59,395 nt of DNA, from positions 70,014 to 129,408 of the forward strand of contig JAFGJV010000014.1 of the NCBI GenBank assembly GCA_016928955.1, read 5' to 3'. Shown piece after piece: positions 47,586 through 55,045 of the stretch (position 1 is the first letter of the stretch; each line of letters opens with the position of its first letter). This DNA comes from Spirochaetales bacterium (lineage in GTDB: Bacteria > Spirochaetota > Spirochaetia > Treponematales > UBA12059). Under the pieces are notes generated by a model. It was not told where the DNA came from. It did no database searches and worked only from the letters and a program-made list of their open reading frames with translations. The translations under genes and the position numbers were made by a program.

Positions 47586-49352
47586 ATGGTGGAGAGTTTC
47601 GAGGATTCCAGCAAGGAAGAGGGGCGACCCTGGGGCGAGACGACCGATCTGGAGCGTCTTGCCCTGAGCAGAACCCTTCTGGCCATCATGCGGGACGGCG
47701 TGTTTTTTGCGGACGCCGACCTGCGCGTCCGCTACGCCAATCCGGCCTTCAGGTCCATGTCGGTATGGGACGACGAACGGGACGCCCCCGGCCTGGACGA
47801 GCTGTACCCCGGGCCGTTCAACGCCCGGCCGCTGACCAACGCCAAGGCGGCCCTGGCCGCCGTGGGCTATTGGTCCGGCGAGCTGGCGCGAACGGACCGC
47901 AACGGCGACATCCGCCTGGACGACGTGACCATAGCCCTGACCCACAACGAGGGGCCCCGGCGCGAGGGTTCGGCCCGTTATGCGGCGGTCGTGCGCGACG
48001 TGACCGCCCAGCGTGAGGCCGAGGAGCGCCTGGCCTGGGCGCGCAACCATGACGAGCTCACGGGCCTGCCCAACCGCGTGCTGTTCGCCGCCTTGTTGGA
48101 ATCGGCCCTGCTCCGCGCGGGCGCCTCGGGTTCCGCTTTGGCGGTGGTGGCCGCCGACCTGGACAATTTCAAGCGCTTCAATACCGATTTCAGCCACGAC
48201 GAGGGCGACCGCATACTCAGGGCGGCCGCCGACCGCCTGTGCCTGCGGGTCCACCCCGGGGACGTCCTGGCACGTACCGGCGGCGACGAATTCTGCGTCA
48301 TCATGGCCCTGCGCAGCGCGGAAGACGCCCACGCGGCCGCCGAGATCGTGCGCGACGCCTTTGCCGAGCCGGTGGCCACGGACAACGGGGCGTACGCCCT
48401 CAGGACCAGCGTCGGCGTGGCCGTGTGGCCGCGCGACGGAGCGGACGCGGCGTCCCTGATAGCGGCCGCCGAGCTGGCCATGCAGGAATGCAAGGATCAG
48501 GGCAAAGACGGCGTCATGTGCTTTGACGAGGGGCTGTACCGCGAGCGCAAGGGACGCGCCCGGCTTGAAGCGTCGCTCAGGGAGGCCATAGCCGCCAAGA
48601 CCCTGTCTGTGCACTACCAGCCCGTGGTGCGCGTGTCGGACGGCATGATAGAGGGCGTTGAGGCCCTGGTTCGCTGGCGCCATCCCGAGCGCGGCGACCT
48701 TTTACCCGACAGCTTCATACCCCTGGCCGAGGAAACGGGCCTGATCGTCGGCCTGGGCGAACTGGTGCTCAACACGGCCTGCGGCCAGGGCGCCAGCTGG
48801 ACCGGCAACACGGTGCCCGATTTCAAGGTGGCGGTGAACGTGTCGCCCCTCCAGCTGGAACGCGACGACTTTCCGTCCGTCATCATGAAGGCCCTGGACT
48901 CTGCGGGGCTTCCGCCCCAGCGCCTGGTACTTGAGATAACGGAGAGCGTGCTCCTGGGCAAGACCGACACCGCCCGCCGGTCGCTGGCCAGGCTCAAGGG
49001 CCTGGGCGTGGGCATGTCCGTGGACGATTTCGGCACGGGCTATTCCAACCTGGTGTACGTCAAGGACCTGCCCGTGGACTTTCTTAAGATCGACCGCATG
49101 TTCGTGCGGGACATGGAACGTTCCAGCGTGGCCAGGGAAATTGTGGCGGGAACCATAACCATGGCCCACCGCATGAACCTCCGGGTGGTGGCTGAGGGTG
49201 TCGAGTCGGCCGAGCAGTTCTACATGCTCAGGTCCATGGAGTGCGACTCGGCGCAGGGCTACCTGTTCGGAGCCGCCCTTCCGGCCATGGAGCTGGAAGG
49301 CCGCTACCTCTGCCGCGGCGGCTCCCGGCATTCGTCCTTCCTGCTCAGATGA
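47586..49352 (+). CDS. PAS-GGDEF-EAL diguanylate cyclase/phosphodiesterase
   Basis: PAS (YANPAF, WSGEL), DELTGLPNR, GGDEF, EALVRW, DDFGTGYS, VAEGVE. Confidence 0.94.
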   Translation: MVESFEDSSKEEGRPWGETTDLERLALSRTLLAIMRDGVFFADADLRVRYANPAFRSMSVWDDERDAPGLDELYPGPFNARPLTNAKAALAAVGYWSGELARTDRNGDIRLDDVTIALTHNEGPRREGSARYAAVVRDVTAQREAEERLAWARNHDELTGLPNRVLFAALLESALLRAGASGSALAVVAADLDNFKRFNTDFSHDEGDRILRAAADRLCLRVHPGDVLARTGGDEFCVIMALRSAEDAHAAAEIVRDAFAEPVATDNGAYALRTSVGVAVWPRDGADAASLIAAAELAMQECKDQGKDGVMCFDEGLYRERKGRARLEASLREAIAAKTLSVHYQPVVRVSDGMIEGVEALVRWRHPERGDLLPDSFIPLAEETGLIVGLGELVLNTACGQGASWTGNTVPDFKVAVNVSPLQLERDDFPSVIMKALDSAGLPPQRLVLEITESVLLGKTDTARRSLARLKGLGVGMSVDDFGTGYSNLVYVKDLPVDFLKIDRMFVRDMERSSVAREIVAGTITMAHRMNLRVVAEGVESAEQFYMLRSMECDSAQGYLFGAALPAMELEGRYLCRGGSRHSSFLLR

Positions 49353-52141
49353 GCTCCTCGGGCGGGCTTCGGGACGACGAACTGGTCTCGCCTGAGCACC
49401 GGCCCGACCCCCGGTCCCGAGCCAATGCCGACGCCAACGCGGCCTCCCTGGAACTGCCCGACAGGCTGGCGTCCAGGATCCGCGCCCACGAGCGCGCCGG
49501 CACCGACCAGCCCTTCCGACACCGCATAGCCCTGATCGGAGCCGCTAAGCTGGACCTCCGGAGGCCAATCCGACTGCGCTCGGGCGTATGGCAGCTTCTG
49601 GAAGCCGTGTACGCCCACGGCAAGCCCCACTGGCTGGATCCCGTGCATGCCCTGGCCCCGGTCAGGGAATTGCTGTTCAACGAACAGGCGCCGCCGGGCA
49701 CGGACCGCGGCATCTACTACGTGCTGACCAGGCTGGCCAGGGCCGGCATATCGCCGGCGGCCTTCGCGTCGCACGTGGTGGTCCCTCGTCTTGCCCGTGA
49801 CGCGGACTGGCGGCACTGGAGGGTACGGCACATTTGGGTGCTGGACGCCATAGCTGACATGCTGATTGAGCTGAAGGACGCGCCGCCCTGGAACGAGCCG
49901 ACCATAGGCGGCGGCCTGGCCCTGTCGGACGTGGCCCTCTGCAAGTACGCCGGCCGCCCGCTGTGCCGCCTGTCCGGGAGCCGGATGGAAAGCCAGGCAA
50001 CGCATCTTGCGGCCTGGATGGCCGCATGGAAGAGTTTCCGGTTCAGCGACGACCGCTTTCTGTCCTTCCTGCGCCGTTCCGTCCTGCCCTGCCTGTACCG
50101 CCTGTCCGGACGCGTGGATCCCGAACAGCTGGCCCCGCTGGCCCATACCCTGGCCGGGATGGAACGGAGCCTTGGTGCCAGGCTGTCGGCAATGGGGGCT
50201 CCGGCCGCGCGGAGCTGTATCGAAGAGGAAGGTTTTGCCGATCGGCTGGACGCCAGGCTTGACCGCCATGCCGGCGCGGACGGGTATTATGGCCTGGTAC
50301 GGGAACTGCGCGCCTGGCTGGACGTTGTCACCGCCCTGTCCAAGCTGGATTCTGGTCCCGCCCTGATTGGACTGGCCGGCGAGCTGTCCATGGCCTCCGA
50401 TACCGGGTATTTCTCGGACGCGGCAGCCCTGCTCAGTGTCCTGCGCCGGGTAGAGGGCGTGTCGGTTCCGCGCTGGCACCTGCAGTCCCTGGCCCGCCTT
50501 GGCCCCCTGGAGCGCAGCGCTTTCATAGAGGAAACCAGGATGGCCAAAGGCGTCCACCCCACCTGTCCGGGGAGGCCGCCGGAAGCCGAGGCGTACTGGA
50601 GCGGGACGGCGACCCTGGCTGAGGCCCTGTCCATTCCGGATGTGGCCTCGTTCAGGCCGCCGGGGGGCGTGCGGGCCTTGGTGCGCGTGCACGGAGCCCG
50701 TTTCCCGGAATACGGCGCCCTGATGGACAGGCTTCTCTGCGATATCGGCGAGGGACGCGACGCAGGCTGGACCCGGGACACGCTGGCCAGCTGGGATTCC
50801 GCCGGGCCGGCTTTCCACGAGCTGGCCATGCGCCAGCTGTTCCCCGGTCTCAACCTGGCCGCAGTCGCGCCCTCCAGCCGGAGCTTTGGGTCCCTGTGGG
50901 CAGGCCGGCCTTCCGCGGCCCAGAGCCACGGCTGGACGAACATAAGCGTGGCCTGCGATGCCGACGGCGCGGCCGTTCCTCCCGCCGTCGCGGACGCCAT
51001 AAGGACCAAGCTGGAGACGGACGCCGTAGACGCCCTGGTGGCGGCCCTGTCGGGCGACGACCAGGCCTCGGGCGCTCTGTTTGCCCGGCTCGGAAAGGAA
51101 CTGGCGGACGCCCGGAAAAACCTGGACGGCGGGGCAGGCTTTGGCGCCCAAGCGGGTACCCGGCGCCTGGCCGTGCTCAGCGCCGTCATGGACGCGTCCG
51201 AGCTGGTCAGCCCCGTCGCCGGCGACGCGCGCAGGCTGGTCCTGGCCTTGCTGGCGTCTGCCTGGCTCTTGCCCGCCGGCGACCCGGACGCGCTTAGGGC
51301 CGTGGCGGCAACGGCGTCGCGCTTTGCCGACCGCCCGGCCATCCATGACGCCGTGGCCAGCCTCAAGGCCGACTGCGAGCCAGGCTATCCCGGCGCCATG
51401 CACGCGGCCCTGGCCCTGGAAACGGTGGACGAGCTGGCCAGGGCCATGCGCGGGGACGAGCGTCTGGTCGCCGCGCTCGCGTCGCGCGAATTGGCCGAGG
51501 TGCTGGCCGTGTCCGGCAAGGCTGGCGACGCTCATGCGCGGCTGGCCGGAGCCCTGCGGCAGTGCGCGGGATACCGCGACCGTGCGCTGGACCTTGCGCG
51601 CTGGCGGGACCTGGCTGCGCTGCGGTCAGCCGGTCCCGAGACGCGCCGCGTCGCCTTCCGCGCCATGCATGTGGGCTCGCCCCTGGACCTGTACGCCGGC
51701 GCCATGGCCGGGGAGCTGACAGGCCTCAAGCCTGCGACATCGTCCGTGGTCATACGGCTGTGGGACTCGGGCGCCAGGCGTTTTGCCGGCGCGAGCCTTC
51801 TGTCGGCGGGGCCGGAGCCCGGATCGCCGTATTTTCTGCGGCTGTTGGGCCTGCAGACGGCGACCGCCCGGCGGCTCGGCTCCCGGGAGCTGGCGGCCGT
51901 GTATCTGGCCTACCGCTCCGTGGCTGAGCGCGTGTCCGAAGCGAGCGGCAGGGCCATTCTTGTGCCCACGCGCGCCGCCAGCCTGGCCGGCGAGCCGGCC
52001 ATGGCCTCCCTGGCCGTGCGCTACGAAACCGCCGGCGATCCCGAATCCGACTCAGGCTGGCTCAGGGCCATAGATCCGGCCAGGCCGGACAGTTTCCGCG
52101 CCACCCGGGAGCTGGAAACCCTGGGAGCATGGCGGCCCTAG
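49349..52141 (+). CDS. Large hypothetical protein (930 aa)
   Basis: Long ORF translationally coupled (ATGA) to the GGDEF-EAL gene; fills the interval; no recognisable motif. Confidence 0.7.
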   Translation: MSSSGGLRDDELVSPEHRPDPRSRANADANAASLELPDRLASRIRAHERAGTDQPFRHRIALIGAAKLDLRRPIRLRSGVWQLLEAVYAHGKPHWLDPVHALAPVRELLFNEQAPPGTDRGIYYVLTRLARAGISPAAFASHVVVPRLARDADWRHWRVRHIWVLDAIADMLIELKDAPPWNEPTIGGGLALSDVALCKYAGRPLCRLSGSRMESQATHLAAWMAAWKSFRFSDDRFLSFLRRSVLPCLYRLSGRVDPEQLAPLAHTLAGMERSLGARLSAMGAPAARSCIEEEGFADRLDARLDRHAGADGYYGLVRELRAWLDVVTALSKLDSGPALIGLAGELSMASDTGYFSDAAALLSVLRRVEGVSVPRWHLQSLARLGPLERSAFIEETRMAKGVHPTCPGRPPEAEAYWSGTATLAEALSIPDVASFRPPGGVRALVRVHGARFPEYGALMDRLLCDIGEGRDAGWTRDTLASWDSAGPAFHELAMRQLFPGLNLAAVAPSSRSFGSLWAGRPSAAQSHGWTNISVACDADGAAVPPAVADAIRTKLETDAVDALVAALSGDDQASGALFARLGKELADARKNLDGGAGFGAQAGTRRLAVLSAVMDASELVSPVAGDARRLVLALLASAWLLPAGDPDALRAVAATASRFADRPAIHDAVASLKADCEPGYPGAMHAALALETVDELARAMRGDERLVAALASRELAEVLAVSGKAGDAHARLAGALRQCAGYRDRALDLARWRDLAALRSAGPETRRVAFRAMHVGSPLDLYAGAMAGELTGLKPATSSVVIRLWDSGARRFAGASLLSAGPEPGSPYFLRLLGLQTATARRLGSRELAAVYLAYRSVAERVSEASGRAILVPTRAASLAGEPAMASLAVRYETAGDPESDSGWLRAIDPARPDSFRATRELETLGAWRP

Positions 52142-52164
52142 CCAGCCATCCTGCGCGTCAGCCC

Positions 52165-52280
52165 TTAAGGGAACCTCTAAAAACCCCATGGTTATTAGAG
52201 GTTCCCTGCGTTTTCGGCCGAAAACGCTAGGTTTTTTAAGGTAACCCTCTAAAAACTGAAGTTTTTAGAGGCCCCCTTAA
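52165..52280. mobile_element. MITE-like element (52169-52276) with 16-bp TIRs and TTAA target duplication
   Basis: TTAA-GGGAACCTCTAAAAAC...GTTTTTAGAGGCCCCC-TTAA (TIRs match 14/16); three internal hairpins; AT-rich relative to flanks. Confidence 0.8.
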
Positions 52281-53388
52281 GCGCCTCGGGATTGAGACCG
52301 GCCAGCTCGGGAACCACAAAGAGGCCGTCCTTGCGCACCAGGCGGCCGTCGAACCACAGTTCGCCGCCGCCGAACTCGGGCGTCTGAATCAGGACCAGGT
52401 CCCAGTGCACGGCGGAGCGGTTGCCGTTGAAGCAGTCGTCGTAGCTGTTACCCGGCGTAAAGTGGATGGAGCCGGCTATCTTCTCGTCGAACAGGGTTTC
52501 CTTCATGGCTTTGGTGATGTACGGGTTGACGCCAATGGCGAACTCGCCCACGTAGCGCGCGCCTTCGTCCGTGTCCAGCACGCGGTTGATGCGCTCGTTG
52601 TCGTTGCTCGTCGCCTTGACGATCTTGCCGTCCTTGAACTCGAAACGGATGCTCTCGTAGGTAAAGCCCTCGTGCTCGCTCGGCGTGTTGTATGCTATGA
52701 CGCCGTTGACCGAATCGCGGACGGGCGCCGTGTACACCTCGCCGTCAGGTATGTTCAGCTTGCCGTCGCACTTGACCGGCGGCAGGCCCTTGATGGAGAA
52801 CGACAGGTCGGTGCCCGGCCCCACGATGCGCACGCGGTCGGTGGCGGCCAGGATTTTTACCAGGGGATCCATGGCAGCGCTCATCCTGGCATAGTCCATG
52901 GTGCACACGTCAAAGTAAAAGCGCTCAAAGGCGTCCTCGCTCATGCCCGCCATCTGGGCCATGGCGGCCGTGGGATAGCGGAGCACTACCCAGCGCGTGC
53001 CCGGCAGGCGCGTGTCGATATGGACCTTTTTCCAGATGTTTTTGTTGTACAGGTCCATCTTGTCGCCCGGCACGTCGCCCATGGCGTTCATGTTGCGGAT
53101 GGCGCTGTAGCCTATGTAGCACTGCATCTGGCTCATGCGCTGGCGCTCGAATTCAGCCTGGAGCTCCACCTGCTCGGGCGGCGCGTCCATGAGCAGTTCC
53201 CGGTCCAGGGTCTTGTCCCTCAGGGTGACAAAGGCCCGTCCGCCCGCCTTGTGCACGGCCCTGACCAGGGCGCGGTCAAAGGCCGGCTCTATGCCCGTAT
53301 CCTGAATGAGCACGTTTTCCCCGGGCTGCACGCGCACGGAATAATTGACCAGAATGTCCGCCAGTCGCTCGGCTCTCGGATCCAGCAT
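52249..53388 (-). CDS. Aminopeptidase, peptidase M29 (AmpS/PepS-like)
   Basis: NIPDGEVYTAP, GEFAIG, LFDEKIAGSIH, SAVHWDLV; AAGGAGG RBS. Confidence 0.93.
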   Translation of the reverse strand: MLDPRAERLADILVNYSVRVQPGENVLIQDTGIEPAFDRALVRAVHKAGGRAFVTLRDKTLDRELLMDAPPEQVELQAEFERQRMSQMQCYIGYSAIRNMNAMGDVPGDKMDLYNKNIWKKVHIDTRLPGTRWVVLRYPTAAMAQMAGMSEDAFERFYFDVCTMDYARMSAAMDPLVKILAATDRVRIVGPGTDLSFSIKGLPPVKCDGKLNIPDGEVYTAPVRDSVNGVIAYNTPSEHEGFTYESIRFEFKDGKIVKATSNDNERINRVLDTDEGARYVGEFAIGVNPYITKAMKETLFDEKIAGSIHFTPGNSYDDCFNGNRSAVHWDLVLIQTPEFGGGELWFDGRLVRKDGLFVVPELAGLNPEALKGASKNFSF

Positions 53389-53636
53389 GATGTCCTCCTT
53401 GATTTTGCGCGGGCGCCAAGCCCCGGCACTCCGGAGCCAAACAGCTCAAACGCTTCCGGTGGCGCCACGCGCAGACAGCATAGCATGGCCACGTCGTTTT
53501 GAAAACTTGAACGTCCGCAGGACAAGACGCTTGCATCCGAATTTTCCCTAGGCGCCGCGTCCCTGCCCTGGCTATCATAGAATCGTTCGCCGTATCCCCT
53601 AGGAGAGGCGCAGAGCACGTCACGCAAGGAGGCCGT

Positions 53637-53711
53637 ATGTCCCGCATATCAACACTGGAGTTTGCGCGCGGTGGGGACCATCGGCTTCCGGGAGCGTCAC
53701 TGCTTCCCTGA
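53637..53711 (+). CDS. Putative small upstream ORF/leader peptide (24 aa)
   Basis: AAGGAGG RBS, then MSRISTLEFARGGDHRLPGASLLP*; too short for the ORF track. Confidence 0.45.
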   Translation: MSRISTLEFARGGDHRLPGASLLP

Positions 53712-53886
53712 AACAAGCCCATGGATCCCCACGGCGGGGACTGAACCGCGTCCGCGCAAGGACGGTTCGGTCATAACGCAGCGACGATACCGTGCCAGCC
53801 GCCGGGCGTGAGCCCGCACATGGCTGAGGTAAGGCCCGTGCGGCCTGCCCGGTGGCGTCGTCGCCCGGCCAACGAGGGATCCCATC

Positions 53887-54675
53887 GTGGACGACGAGGA
53901 AATTTTCGAGCAGTTTGAGGCCCGCGCCATCATTACGGGCGGGCGGGAACGCATAAAAAGCGGCAAGGAAGCCGTGGTGTACCGTTGCGACGCCCATCCG
54001 GCCACGGGCCTTTCACACGTGGCGGTCAAAGTGTACAAGGACGTGCAGACCAGAAGCTTCCGCCACATGAACACCTATCTGGACGGCCGCATTGGCCGGA
54101 CCATACGCAAGCGCAGGGACATACTCCACATGCTGGCCAACGCTGACGAGCGCCAGCATTTCTGGGTGTCCACGGAATTAGGCGCCTTAGAGACCCTGTA
54201 CGCAGCCGGCCTGCCCGTGCCCCGGCCCCTGGGCTCGGCGGGAACGGCCATTGCCATGGAATTCGTGGCGCATGATGACGACGATGAACCCGCCCCGAGG
54301 CTCAGGGACCTGCGTCCCGACTCGGACCTGGCCCAAACCCTGGAGCGGGATGCCGTGGCCTTGATCGAGAACATGCTGGCCCACGACATCATCCACGGGG
54401 ACCTGTCTCCCTATAACCTGCTGGTCAGGAACGGGCGCCTCATGGTCATAGACTTTCCCCAGGCGGCGGACGCCCGCTATTCAACCCAGGCACAATTTTT
54501 CCTGGCCCGCGACACGGCCAACGTTCTGTCCTATTTCCGGGAGCTCGGCGCGGGGCCGGACGCCGCTCGCCAGTCCGCGAATGAGCTTGCCGCCGGCCTA
54601 TGGGACCGCTGGGAATCCGGTGATTTGTACCTTGCACGGGACGCGGCCGCCGTGGCCCGTGCCTGGGGGCTGTAA
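53887..54675 (+). CDS. RIO1-family atypical serine/threonine kinase
   Basis: KSGKEAVVY, VAVKVYK, IHGDLSPYNLL, IDFPQA. Confidence 0.92.
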   Translation: MDDEEIFEQFEARAIITGGRERIKSGKEAVVYRCDAHPATGLSHVAVKVYKDVQTRSFRHMNTYLDGRIGRTIRKRRDILHMLANADERQHFWVSTELGALETLYAAGLPVPRPLGSAGTAIAMEFVAHDDDDEPAPRLRDLRPDSDLAQTLERDAVALIENMLAHDIIHGDLSPYNLLVRNGRLMVIDFPQAADARYSTQAQFFLARDTANVLSYFRELGAGPDAARQSANELAAGLWDRWESGDLYLARDAAAVARAWGL

Positions 54676-54793
54676 AACGACCGGCTTGCTTGCGTTAAGA
54701 GTGGCGGAGCGGCCGTCCCTGGGCTATGCTGTAGTCGTGCTCGGACGAGCCTGCCGCGCTCAGGCAGGCCGCGGGTTTTTCCAGGGAGGGCAT

Positions 54794-54979
54794 ATGGCGG
54801 AGAGGATAGGCGATTTTCTTGTACGCATCGGCGCCATGACGCAGGAGCAGGTCACCAAGGTCCTGGCGGCGCAGAGCCAGGAAGAAGAACCCCGGATGTT
54901 CGGAGAGATAGCCATAGAGCTGGGTTTTGTCGACGACGCTGCCCTGAAGCGCTACGTGACCGAAAAGCACGGCGGCTGA
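54794..54979 (+). CDS. Stand-alone MshEN-type (c-di-GMP-binding) small protein, 61 aa
   Basis: GGGAGG RBS; RIGDFLVRIGAMTQEQVTKVLAAQ followed by RMFGEIAIELGFV. Confidence 0.8.
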   Translation: MAERIGDFLVRIGAMTQEQVTKVLAAQSQEEEPRMFGEIAIELGFVDDAALKRYVTEKHGG

Positions 54980-54991
54980 AAGCCCGGACGC

Positions 54992-55018
54992 GGGGCGGCG
55001 GACTGGTTCCGCCGCCTC
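54992..55018. terminator. GC-rich hairpin between convergent genes
   Basis: GGGGCGGCGGA/TCCGCCGCCTC stem; no U tract. Confidence 0.45.
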
Positions 55019-55045
55019 CTGCTGGGTTGCGCCGCGCGGCTGGGG

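Noticed and set aside
49304..51535. 743-aa - strand ORF opposite the orphan gene
   Set aside because: Composition (G/Q/H/V-rich) is typical of antisense frames in high-GC DNA; the + strand ORF is coupled to its neighbour
52165..52280. Possible mini-CRISPR array
   Set aside because: Repeats are inverted rather than direct, with no unique spacers and no cas genes; TIR plus TTAA fits a MITE
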